A DNA stretch of 59,660 bases from Clostridia bacterium (GCA_017518975.1 JAFWTH010000050.1:1-59660); one strand, 5' to 3'. Positions 22,313 through 31,180 are shown, counted from the first letter of the stretch. Notes: generated from the letters alone by a model not told the origin. Made by a program: numbers and translations.

Positions 22313-23737
22313 ATGAAAAAAATACTGTCAATGCTCTCGCTTTGTCTGGCTGTCGTTATGTTCCTGCCCACCGCCGCCGCGGCGGGCGATATGGCGTTTT
22401 CGGACGTAAAAGCGGGGGATTGGTTTTACGGCAACGTGAAATACGTTTATGAAAACGGCATAATGAACGGCGCGTCCGCGACGAAATTCGATCCGGACGG
22501 TGCGCTCTCCCGCGGTATGTGCGCGGCGATCATCCACCGTATTGCCGGAAGCCCCGAAACCGAAACGGCAAACAAACTTGCCGACGTGAATACGGGCGAA
22601 TACTATGCGAAAGCCGTCGCGTGGGCGTACGGCAAGGGGATAGTCAACGGAAAGACTGCCACGGCGTTTGATCCGGACGGGCTCATCACCCGGGCGGAAT
22701 TCGCGACGATGCTGTACCGATATCTCTCCGCCGCGGGCCTCGTTCTTCCGGAAAGCCGGGACGGGGCGCCTGCCGACGCCGACCGCATCCCGACGTATGC
22801 CGCCGACGCGGTGACCGCCCTTTTCCGCGCCGGAGTGATAAACGGAAAAGAAAACGGCGCGTTCGATCCCGACGCTTCGGTCACGCGGGCACAGACCGCC
22901 GCGATGATCGAAAGATTTATGAAAACCGCGGAGAGCAATCCCGTCGACCTCGATCCTGATCCCGATCCTGATCCTGATCCTGACCCGTTCAACCCCGCCG
23001 TTCCGGACGACAACGCGATCGGTATCGCGTTTTTCGGTAACAGTTTTGTGTGGGTCCCGCAAACGCCCGATCATTTCAAAGCGATCGCAAAGGATAAGCA
23101 CGAGGTCAAAGTTTACAACCGCACCCACAGCGGATGGTCGCTGTTGAATCACTACAACTATTGGAGAAACAGGTCCGACGCAGCCATTGCTTATATCGCA
23201 AGAAAATGGGATATTATCGTTTTGAATGACGGTACGGACTCTGAGCAGTTAAACGATCATCGATTAAATACTTTCAATAATATGATCGACCTTCTCGGCC
23301 GTGACAAAATGTACTACAATCTCTGTATATCAAGCATCAGAAAATCAGAGGACGGTATGGAAATGTCAGAGGACGGTTTGTTGAGGCTGAGCAACAAGGT
23401 TCCCTCAAACAAGCAGTGCTTCAAATGGCGTGACCAATTGAAAGAAAGCTGCGGCGTCAACCGGATAATGCTTAACTGTGACGCCTTCGATCCTGCCATA
23501 AGATTCAAACCGACGGATTTCTGGTACGTTGATAACGGACATCCCAACAAATTATACGGATACTGCAACGCTTTGGCGCTTTACTGTACGATATTCGACG
23601 AACCGTGCGCCGAGCAGAACAACGGGATACTGAAAGACGATGACATCCCCGGTAAAACGCCCGCGGAAAAAGAGGCGTTTATGAAAATGATAAAAAACTA
23701 CGTTCAGGAACAGCTCGATTTTCAGAAAGCGGACTGA
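22313..23737 (+). CDS. SLH-anchored protein with (DP)n linker and SGNH/GDSL-like hydrolase-type domain
   Basis: Signal peptide, three SLH repeats, DPDPDPDPDPDP linker. C-terminal FFGNSF ... DNGHP blocks suggest an SGNH fold (tentative). Confidence 0.7.
   Translation: MKKILSMLSLCLAVVMFLPTAAAAGDMAFSDVKAGDWFYGNVKYVYENGIMNGASATKFDPDGALSRGMCAAIIHRIAGSPETETANKLADVNTGEYYAKAVAWAYGKGIVNGKTATAFDPDGLITRAEFATMLYRYLSAAGLVLPESRDGAPADADRIPTYAADAVTALFRAGVINGKENGAFDPDASVTRAQTAAMIERFMKTAESNPVDLDPDPDPDPDPDPFNPAVPDDNAIGIAFFGNSFVWVPQTPDHFKAIAKDKHEVKVYNRTHSGWSLLNHYNYWRNRSDAAIAYIARKWDIIVLNDGTDSEQLNDHRLNTFNNMIDLLGRDKMYYNLCISSIRKSEDGMEMSEDGLLRLSNKVPSNKQCFKWRDQLKESCGVNRIMLNCDAFDPAIRFKPTDFWYVDNGHPNKLYGYCNALALYCTIFDEPCAEQNNGILKDDDIPGKTPAEKEAFMKMIKNYVQEQLDFQKAD
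22952..22984 (+). repeat. In-frame hexanucleotide tandem repeat (GATCCT/GATCCC)n encoding (DP)n
   Basis: gatcctgatcccgatcctgatcctgatcctgac; five to six units, each containing GATC. Confidence 0.8.
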
Positions 23738-23758
23738 TGAGGCCGCGAGGGATTTAAA

Positions 23759-25753
23759 ATGAAAAAGATTATCACACTGATTTCGTTATGTCTTGCAGTA
23801 GTAACGGTCCTTTCTTTTGCTTCTTCCGCGGCGGGGACGGACGGCGATCTGCCGTTTCACGACGTTCCCCGGACGAGCTGGTTTTACGATGCCGTCAAAT
23901 CGGTGTACGACGCCGGCGCGATGAAGGGGATCGCAGACGATTCATTCGGACCGAACGATCCCATGACAAGGGCGCAGTTCGTCACTATCCTCGCCCGCAT
24001 CTCGGGCGAGGGATACGGCGGGCTCGCCGACGAAGCGACGTTCAAAGATACCGCAAAAAACGATTATTACAGCGACGCGCTCGGATGGGCTGTGAAGAAC
24101 GGCTTGATAAACGGGTATCCCGACAATTCGTTCAAGCCCGACTCTCCGATCCTGCGTCAGGAGTTCGCCGCCGTTTTCGCGCGGTATCTCTCTTACAAAA
24201 AACTTGAAATAACGGGCGACGACGTCGCGTCCGGCTTCCGGGACAGCTCGTCGTTCCCCGATTATGCGAAAGAATCCATCGAAACGCTGCGTAAGACAGG
24301 GCTCGTTAAGGGCGACAGCGCCGGGAATTATAACCCGGAGGACAATATGACCAGAGCGGAGATCGCTCAGGTCATCGCCCGTTTCCTCGAAAAGACAGCC
24401 GAAAAGAAAACTCTTGAAGAAAAAGTCACGGTTTTTCTCGACAAATATCTTTGTTCGGCGCACGGCAAGCTCGATCTGTTCTTCAACTATACCGACTCCT
24501 CTCTCACCGAGGAGAATACGGCGGCTCTGTTGAGAGGCCTGATCGGTCTTGACGGCGAAGTCACAGTAAAATTTGACGATTTCAGCGCGCTTGTCGACGG
24601 TTATTCCGGCGGAGGAGACGGCGCGGGAGACCCTGGAGCCGGGTGGTCGTGGATCGACGGGGTCAAAGTCACTTTCACCGATCCCAAGACGCAAGAGACG
24701 TATACAGCGGAGATCGACTTTTCGCTCCGCAAGGTCATCCCGACGGGCGAGCTTAACGAGTACAAAAACGGCGCGCTCGGCGTCTGCCCCGAGGACGCAA
24801 ATACGAATATGAAAAACGCATATCCGAAGTTCAACGAGGCGGCGACGGAAGACGGGGAGATATACGCGGGTTACAGCGGACGCTATAACGCGAAGGATAT
24901 AGAAACGTTCTTCCGTAAGCTCACCGGGCTGACCGACAAAAACGCATACGAGTTCATCCTCGCGGGATTCGATCCCAAAAAGCCCGGTCAACCGTTTTAT
25001 CCCATGTTCAGAGATCGGAAAAACGCGGACGGACGCCTTGACGTGATCTGGATCGAAACCGCGCTCGAGGGGACGGTCGAGCAGGTCCCTCTCGAATTCC
25101 TGGTCGAAGACTTTATCGACGAATATACTTGTTTCGCACACGGGAAGATAGATCTTTTCTTCAACTATACCGACACTTCCCTGACAGAGGATAACATGGC
25201 CGCTCTTTTGCGGGACCTTATCGGTCTTGACGACGACGTGACCGTAAAATTTGCAAATTTCAGAGAATTGCTCAACAGTTATAAGGACAGCGGCGACGGC
25301 GCGGGGGCTCCCGGGAACGGGTGGACGTGGTTCGAGGATATAAAAGTCACGTTCTCGGACCCCTCGACGAAAGAAACTTATACCGCGTATTTTGACTTTT
25401 CACTCCGCAAGGTCCTGCCGCTCGGCGAAATCGAAGAGTATAAAAACGGCGTCGCCGGTCCCTGTCCCGAGGCGTCAAACGAGGATATGAGAAACGCGTA
25501 CGGCGCGCTCAACAAGGTCGCGACGGCCGACGGGGAGATCTACGGAGGTTATACCGGCGGTTACAACGCCGACGAGATCGAGGCGTTCTTCCGCGAGTTG
25601 ACCGGACTGACCGACAAAAGCGCGTTTGAGTTCACAGCCGTGGGGTTCGATCCCGCGGTCCGCGGCAAGCCGTTTTATCCGATGTTCAGAGATCTGAACA
25701 ACGAATACGGCAAAATCGACGTGATCTGGGTCGAGACCGCTTTTGAGCCTTAA
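23759..25753 (+). CDS. SLH-anchored protein with a tandemly duplicated ~213-aa domain of unknown function
   Basis: Signal peptide and three SLH repeats. Two homologous modules at 24434-25075 and 25112-25750 (LDKYLCSAHGKLDLFFNYTDSSLTE... and IDEYTCFAHGKIDLFFNYTDTSLTE...). Confidence 0.8.
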   Translation: MKKIITLISLCLAVVTVLSFASSAAGTDGDLPFHDVPRTSWFYDAVKSVYDAGAMKGIADDSFGPNDPMTRAQFVTILARISGEGYGGLADEATFKDTAKNDYYSDALGWAVKNGLINGYPDNSFKPDSPILRQEFAAVFARYLSYKKLEITGDDVASGFRDSSSFPDYAKESIETLRKTGLVKGDSAGNYNPEDNMTRAEIAQVIARFLEKTAEKKTLEEKVTVFLDKYLCSAHGKLDLFFNYTDSSLTEENTAALLRGLIGLDGEVTVKFDDFSALVDGYSGGGDGAGDPGAGWSWIDGVKVTFTDPKTQETYTAEIDFSLRKVIPTGELNEYKNGALGVCPEDANTNMKNAYPKFNEAATEDGEIYAGYSGRYNAKDIETFFRKLTGLTDKNAYEFILAGFDPKKPGQPFYPMFRDRKNADGRLDVIWIETALEGTVEQVPLEFLVEDFIDEYTCFAHGKIDLFFNYTDTSLTEDNMAALLRDLIGLDDDVTVKFANFRELLNSYKDSGDGAGAPGNGWTWFEDIKVTFSDPSTKETYTAYFDFSLRKVLPLGEIEEYKNGVAGPCPEASNEDMRNAYGALNKVATADGEIYGGYTGGYNADEIEAFFRELTGLTDKSAFEFTAVGFDPAVRGKPFYPMFRDLNNEYGKIDVIWVETAFEP

Positions 25754-25948
25754 ACGCGGAGGATCGCCGGGAGTCAAACGCGACAAAAACGAGCCGAACT
25801 CGTCAAAGGGTAAATTTTTGTCACGGGGATGTATTGACTTGATCTCTTCCGTTATGTTTTTATTGAATCGGAATATATAATTTTAAACTATTCCGTTAAA
25901 AACCATATGGAACGACCGGAAAGGTCGTGCAAGAAAGGAGATACGAAT

Positions 25949-28015
25949 ATGGCTAAAAGGATCGTTTGCGCCGTCGCCGCGCTGGCTTTTCTCTTCATTC
26001 AGGCGGCGATGCCTTCGGCGGCGGAGGGCGCCGGGGGCGGAGGCGACGGTTTCGCCGGGTACACGGCGGTCGAGATAACCACGGCTCCCACTTGTACCGA
26101 AACGGGAACGGGTATCCGCCATCTCCCGTCCGGCGACGAGGAGTTTACCGTCGCTTCGCTCGGTCACGACTGGGGGCCCTGCAACAAAATAAGTTCCACC
26201 TCAAGCTCCGTGACTTACACCAGAACCTGCTCCCGGTGCGGCGCGACGGAAACCGCAACCGACGACGAGGTGGAGGTCACAAACTATTCCTGCAATATCA
26301 GGCAGGTCCTCCCCGAGGCGGTCAGGAAGGACGGGATCATAAGCGCGGGCGAATACGACCGCGTTTGCATTCCCGAACAGGAGATAGTGCTGGCAAACAA
26401 GGGTCCGCTTTCCGATGAAGCCAATCGGCTGCGGGCGGAGCAGATCAAAAATTCCGCAAAGTTCTATATTTCCTACGACCCGGTCAACGGGCTCAATATG
26501 GCCGCGGAATACGACTCTCCCGCGATCCTTCAGAATTACGACCCCGCGGATTATTACGGATACACGGCGCCCACCGATTCCGACCCGGAGTGGTACTACG
26601 ATTCGGACGGCAAATGGATCGGTCCGCAGGATTTCTTCATATCACAGACCGCGTTCGCTTTTGACGGGTACGATATGAACGATAAAGTCATTTATTACGT
26701 GATAGGCAGAAGCACGGAAACGGGAGAATATCTGAGGGGACACTGGTTCGGCAGATCGGAATACGGCACGCAGTACGGTTACGATCCGGATTACCGTCCG
26801 TCGGATGATGAGATGATCATTTCATATAACGGCGATCACGTCGTGATGGAGTGGTCGATACCGCTTGAGGTGCTTATCGGCACTTCCGATATAAGCGGGA
26901 TCGACGGGATGAAATACGGGATCAATTTCACGCTGACGCAGGGGACCGAGACGCACGAGGACTCGTACTCCGGCACCGTTGCGATCAAACTCGGGTCGCG
27001 CGGCGCTTTTGAGAACAAGGGAGCGAGGCCCGTAAGAAAAGCGAAAAAATTCACCGACCCGGTCAACGGCAAACTGAACGAGGCAAAGATCAACGGAAAC
27101 CTTCCGATCGTCTGCACTTTCGTAAACGACGGCACGTACGTTGCCGCAGAGACCGAACCTGTCGGGCCGGGATGCACGGCGTCGGTCAGTCTTAAAGACA
27201 GTTTTGACCTGAATATCTACGTGAACAACGTCACGGCGGAAATGATCGCAGCCGGATACGGCGTTGAGTATTCGACCGACGGCGGGGCGACGTTTACTCC
27301 GGCGGCTTTCGACGCCGAACACTCCGTCGGAGACGGAAAGTATGCGTTCACGCCGGCGTCCTTCTTCGCAAATCAGCTTACGCAGAAGGTGATCTTCAGA
27401 ATACTCGACGGCGAAGGCGGAGAAGTGAAAAGCATAACGTACAGTATCAAAGACTACTGCGAACATCAGCTTGCGAATTCGGGCGACGCAGAGCTCAGGG
27501 CGCTTTGTTCCGCCTTGATGGCGTACGGATATTATGCGCAGCTTCGGTTCCCCGAGGGATCAAGCGACGCGATAAACGCCTCCGATTACTCCGACGCGAT
27601 AAACGCGGTCCCGGCTGCCTCTCCGGATCTTTCAGCCTATACCGCGAGCGCGGTTCTCGCCGCTCCCGTCACGCGCGCAACCGCTTCTCTGGCGCTTGAG
27701 TCCCGGACGAAACTCAACTTTTATCTCACCGGCGTCGCGGACGCCGACGGAGCGACGGTCACCGTGGGCGGCGCCCCGTGGAGTGATTTTGAGATCGACC
27801 CGGTATCGTCGTCAAAATGCCGTGTGAAGATATGCGGCATCCGTACCGTCGACCTGACGGAACCGGTCACGCTGACTTACGGCGGGACCGTTATCAGTTA
27901 TTCCCCCATGGCGTACGTAAAGTACGCGGTCGATCGTGAAACGGCAAACAGCGAGGTATCGCGCGCGCTTTACCTCTTCGTCACGGCGGCGAGAAGTTAT
28001 TTCTTCGGCGAATAA
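25949..28015 (+). CDS. Secreted protein of unknown function
   Basis: RBS aaaggag precedes ATG 25949. Signal peptide MAKRIVCAVAALAFLFIQAAMPSAAEG. No SLH repeats and no recognisable catalytic motif. Confidence 0.7.
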   Translation: MAKRIVCAVAALAFLFIQAAMPSAAEGAGGGGDGFAGYTAVEITTAPTCTETGTGIRHLPSGDEEFTVASLGHDWGPCNKISSTSSSVTYTRTCSRCGATETATDDEVEVTNYSCNIRQVLPEAVRKDGIISAGEYDRVCIPEQEIVLANKGPLSDEANRLRAEQIKNSAKFYISYDPVNGLNMAAEYDSPAILQNYDPADYYGYTAPTDSDPEWYYDSDGKWIGPQDFFISQTAFAFDGYDMNDKVIYYVIGRSTETGEYLRGHWFGRSEYGTQYGYDPDYRPSDDEMIISYNGDHVVMEWSIPLEVLIGTSDISGIDGMKYGINFTLTQGTETHEDSYSGTVAIKLGSRGAFENKGARPVRKAKKFTDPVNGKLNEAKINGNLPIVCTFVNDGTYVAAETEPVGPGCTASVSLKDSFDLNIYVNNVTAEMIAAGYGVEYSTDGGATFTPAAFDAEHSVGDGKYAFTPASFFANQLTQKVIFRILDGEGGEVKSITYSIKDYCEHQLANSGDAELRALCSALMAYGYYAQLRFPEGSSDAINASDYSDAINAVPAASPDLSAYTASAVLAAPVTRATASLALESRTKLNFYLTGVADADGATVTVGGAPWSDFEIDPVSSSKCRVKICGIRTVDLTEPVTLTYGGTVISYSPMAYVKYAVDRETANSEVSRALYLFVTAARSYFFGE

Positions 28016-28042
28016 ACCGGAGAAAAGTTTTCATAACAAAGT

Positions 28043-28073
28043 GGCGGTTCTGTGTGATACACACAGAACCGCC
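28043..28073. terminator. Bidirectional stem-loop between convergent genes
   Basis: ggcggttctgtgtg-ata-cacacagaaccgcc, a 14-bp perfect stem. Confidence 0.6.
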
Positions 28074-28082
28074 CTTGACTTA

Positions 28083-28414
28083 TTAAAGATGTTTGTCAAG
28101 ATCTCTCGCTCCGTACATAATACGTATGACGTTTACGGTTTTCTTCTCTTCGTTTAGGGTAACTCCTGTTACCCTACCGTGTAGAACACGAGATAGTTCT
28201 TGACCGGAAGCTTCCGAAGTCCGCGGTTTCGCCACGGTTCATTATCAAACAGAGCGAACCGCTCGGGAAACGTTTCAAGCGAGCGCACTTCGGAAATGAT
28301 GCCGGCGCACGTTTTCCCGGCCGTCAGCGGCTCCATGAGATGAAAAGCAATATATTCGTAAATATTCGTCAGGTCATTCCGGGCAGTCTCGGAATAAAAA
28401 ACGTCATATTTCAT
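28083..28414 (-). pseudogene. RelE/ParE-family toxin gene interrupted by a 20-nt palindromic insertion
   Basis: The 81-aa ORF (28169-28414) ends ...KNYLVFYTVG*. Removing 20 nt restores ...FYTV-NEEKKTVNVIRIMYGARDLDKHL* ending at 28083, the canonical ParE/RelE C-terminus. Confidence 0.8.
28155..28176. repeat. 22-nt perfect palindrome tagggtaac-tcct-gttacccta (18-nt core flanked by TA/TA)
   Basis: Read directly from the sequence. Creates the premature TAA and a +2 frameshift in the toxin gene. Confidence 0.9.
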
Positions 28415-28716
28415 ACGTTGAACTTGCTCTTCATCTGCGCTTCGACTTCGTCTGCGGAGTACAGTTTTCCGGATTCCGCGTCGTCGATCCCCTTCCTGAT
28501 CTCGGCGTCAAACTCCTCCTTTGTCAGTTTCCCGTACTCAAGCGGACGGCGGAGCGGCAGTTTCATATCAAAAGGAATACCGTTCTGCATTACGACCTGA
28601 CGCAAAAACATACCGATGGCAGATGACATGGGGATCCCGAGTTGTTCCAGGATCTGTTCCGCCTGCTCTTTTACAATGGGATCGACTCTCGTATAAATGT
28701 TCGCCGTTCTTGCCAC
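28411..28716 (-). CDS. RelB/DinJ-family antitoxin
   Basis: VARTANIYTRVDPIVKEQAEQILEQLGIPMSSAIGMFLRQV is a DinJ-like ribbon-helix-helix pattern. GTG 28716 follows agagg. A 4-nt overlap with the toxin start. Confidence 0.8.
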   Translation of the reverse strand: MARTANIYTRVDPIVKEQAEQILEQLGIPMSSAIGMFLRQVVMQNGIPFDMKLPLRRPLEYGKLTKEEFDAEIRKGIDDAESGKLYSADEVEAQMKSKFNV

Positions 28717-28737
28717 TTTGATTACCTCTTTCGTTGA

Positions 28738-28790
28738 TTTCAATATTATTATCACACAAATGATTGCTTTTCGCAATCATTTTTACAATA
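28738..28790 (-). promoter_or_regulatory. TA promoter with palindromic operator
   Basis: Minus-strand TTGCGA, 17 nt, GATAAT. Palindrome aaatgattgc-ttttc-gcaatcattt (28759-28783) overlaps the -35. Confidence 0.55.
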
Positions 28791-28817
28791 ATTGCAGAGG
28801 TGGAAACGGCTGTTTGT

Positions 28818-28857
28818 CGGCTGATCCATAGTTCAACTATGGATCAGCCGCGTTTTT
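28818..28857 (+). terminator. Strong 14-bp hairpin followed by a T-run
   Basis: cggctgatccatag-ttcaa-ctatggatcagccg then cgttttt. No obvious + strand gene lies upstream. Confidence 0.4.
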
Positions 28858-28892
28858 GAGGTTGTCAGGCCGCGAACGGTATGCGCATGAAA

Positions 28893-28923
28893 GGGGCTGA
28901 CGCAAATTGCGTCAGCCCCTTTT
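28893..28923. terminator. Bidirectional intrinsic terminator
   Basis: ggggctgacgca-aatt-gcgtcagcccc with TTTT on the + strand and TTTC on the - strand. Downstream of the minus-strand SLH gene. Confidence 0.65.
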
Positions 28924-29056
28924 ATGACAGGGTCAGCGACAGGGTTTGGAGAAGTTTGGTGGTTGCAGTACGTATTTTTCGGAAAAAATCTCCTTTGGCC
29001 AAAAGATCGGCGCTGACCTTATCGTCCGGGTAAAACCGAAAAATCAGATCCGATGA

Positions 29057-30166
29057 TCATTCCGCGGGTGCTGCCGCAATGCTTTCGGCGATGCGCCAGA
29101 CCTCTTCGTGGCTGACGTTCATTCCGAATACGTTGACGGTAACGTCCTTATCGCCGAACATGATACCGGTAAGAATGAACTCAACGCCGCCTGATTCGCC
29201 GGAATTCTCGTAAACGTAGGCGTCCATGCCGTTGAGTTCGCCCAAGTAAACGTGTTCGTAAGTTTTATAGCCCCAGCCCGGCTTGATCTCGCTTGACGTG
29301 TAGATCTCGACCAGAACGAACGGCTGGGTAATGCTCTCCAGATCGTACGCTGTACTCAGGCGCAAGGTCCTGATATCCTCAGAGCCCGTGTCCTCAACCT
29401 CATAGAGATTCAGACCCTCCGGAACGTACCCGACGGTGACGTCGGATATCCTGCCGCCGCGGAAGAAGCCTTCCTCTGCGTCCGGAACGTCGAAATCAAC
29501 TCTTATGCCGAAACCGTCGTCGCTTGTGATCGATTTCGCTTTTTCAAGGAAACGGTCGACCATTGCCGCGGTTTCGGCGCGGGTGATATCGGCGTCGGGA
29601 TCGAACTGCCCGTTCTCTCTGCCGTTGACGACCTCTGCGCGGTACATCGTCGATACAGCGTCTCCCGCATACTCGGGGACGTCGGAGGCGTCCGTCGGTT
29701 CACCGCCGCGGACCTCGGGAAGAGCGAGATCCGCCGCGTCGAGATACCTGTACAGCATCGTCGAAAACTCGGCGCGGGTGATGTTGCCGTCGGGGTCGAA
29801 TATCGTCGCCGACTTACCCATCACGATCTTTTCGTTCTGCGCCCAGGCGACGGCGTCCGCGTAATACGCGCCGGCGTCGACGTCGGCAAACGCCGCGGCT
29901 CCTTTGACCTCCGGCTCGCCCGAAGCGCGATAGATGATCGCCGCGCACATCCCGCGGGTCAGCGTGCCTTCGGGATCGAACTCGGTGTCGGACGTACCGT
30001 TCATGAACTTTGACTCATAAACCCGCTTGACGTCGCCGTAGTACCACGCTCCGTTCTTCACGTCTGAAAACGGGAGGTCTCCGTCGTCTTTCGCGGCGAA
30101 GGATGCGAGCGGAAGCAGCATGATCGCCGCCAGAACGACCGAGATCAGCATTAAAAACTTCTTCAT
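29057..30166 (-). CDS. SLH-anchored protein with divergent DUF4367-like C-terminal domain (inverted paralogue of 20931-22091)
   Basis: The signal peptide and three SLH repeats are ~75 % identical to 20931-22091. C-terminus VGYVPEGL...LNGMDAYVYE...FGDKDVTVNVFGMNVSHEEVWRIAESI. Confidence 0.85.
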   Translation of the reverse strand: MKKFLMLISVVLAAIMLLPLASFAAKDDGDLPFSDVKNGAWYYGDVKRVYESKFMNGTSDTEFDPEGTLTRGMCAAIIYRASGEPEVKGAAAFADVDAGAYYADAVAWAQNEKIVMGKSATIFDPDGNITRAEFSTMLYRYLDAADLALPEVRGGEPTDASDVPEYAGDAVSTMYRAEVVNGRENGQFDPDADITRAETAAMVDRFLEKAKSITSDDGFGIRVDFDVPDAEEGFFRGGRISDVTVGYVPEGLNLYEVEDTGSEDIRTLRLSTAYDLESITQPFVLVEIYTSSEIKPGWGYKTYEHVYLGELNGMDAYVYENSGESGGVEFILTGIMFGDKDVTVNVFGMNVSHEEVWRIAESIAAAPAE

Positions 30167-30297
30167 TTATTTCTCTCCTTTCATAGAGTGGGGTTTGGGA
30201 TCCCTGACACCCCGCAACGATCAGGGCGCCTCCCCGAGTACATAAAACCATATCCCGGACGACGAGTCAATAGGTCGGGGCCGGAAAAAAAGCCGCT

Positions 30298-30327
30298 CTG
30301 TCGAGTTCGGCGCGTCCCTGTCGAGTT
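30298..30327 (+). promoter_or_regulatory. Direct repeat CTGTCGAGTT x2 (20-bp period), candidate LytTR binding site
   Basis: ctgtcgagtt at 30298-30307 and 30318-30327. The second copy abuts TTGACG. Lies ~120 nt upstream of the LytTR regulator gene. Confidence 0.45.
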
Positions 30328-30444
30328 TGACGTTTTCGGGCGGTTGCTAAGAGACTTGTTTTTTGATACAATTATTCTGAAGAAGTATGTTGAGAACCAG
30401 TCGGCGGGTTTACCGCATCCTTTTTTTGGCGAGGTTGCCGATAT

Positions 30445-31179
30445 ATGATAAAAATCTTTGTATGCGACGACGACGCGGTCTTCGCGGGACTGCTCGCGGA
30501 ACAGATCCGTGACGCCTTCGGCGCGCTCGGCGCGGAATGCGACGTCAGAACGTTCTCGTCATCCGTCGAGTGCGTCCGCGCCGTCCGGCACGAAAAAGAG
30601 GGCCCGGACGCGGCGTTTCTCGATATCGATATGCCCTCCGTCTCGGGCTTCGGGATCGCGGCGGAAATACGGGAAGCGAAAAGAGGCGTGTTTATCGTAT
30701 TCGTCTCCGGAAAGCAGGAGCTCGTATTCGAGAGCTTCGACTATCACCCGTTCTCGTTCGTAAGGAAGAGTTCCGGAGAAAACCTGCGCGCGTCGATCTC
30801 GAAGGTCTGTTCCTCCATTGTCTCCGCAATGAAGCAAAGCAAGCTCGTCGAGATCCTGGACGTTTATTCGGGTCCCGTTTGCGTGACGGCGGAGGATATT
30901 CTCTACGTTTCAAGCCGGGACCACTATCAGGTCTACGTTCTCGGGAACGGAAAGAAACCCGTCAAGGAGCGCGGAACGATAAGGGACGTCGAGGCGAAGC
31001 TCTCCCCGCTCGGGTTCATCCGTCCGCACAGTCGGTACGTGGTGAACGCCGCGCACGTCAGTTTCTTTTCTCCGAAGATAAACAGAATAGTCCTCGACTC
31101 GAAGGATTCGATCCCCGTCAGCAGGTCAATGGGAGGTCGCGCTCACGAGGAATATCTTAAATACAAGAGGGAGTTTTGA
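30445..31179 (+). CDS. LytTR-family response regulator
   Basis: REC domain (VCDDD...FLDIDMP) and a C-terminal LytTR domain (ILYVSSRDHYQVYV...FIRPHSRYVVN). Confidence 0.9.
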   Translation: MIKIFVCDDDAVFAGLLAEQIRDAFGALGAECDVRTFSSSVECVRAVRHEKEGPDAAFLDIDMPSVSGFGIAAEIREAKRGVFIVFVSGKQELVFESFDYHPFSFVRKSSGENLRASISKVCSSIVSAMKQSKLVEILDVYSGPVCVTAEDILYVSSRDHYQVYVLGNGKKPVKERGTIRDVEAKLSPLGFIRPHSRYVVNAAHVSFFSPKINRIVLDSKDSIPVSRSMGGRAHEEYLKYKREF

Positions 31180-31180
31180 C

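Noticed and set aside
28155-28176. Resemblance of tagggtaacagg to the I-SceI homing-endonuclease site TAGGGATAACAGGGTAAT.
   Set aside because: The similarity is partial, with one indel, and there is no intron or homing-endonuclease context. Most likely coincidence.
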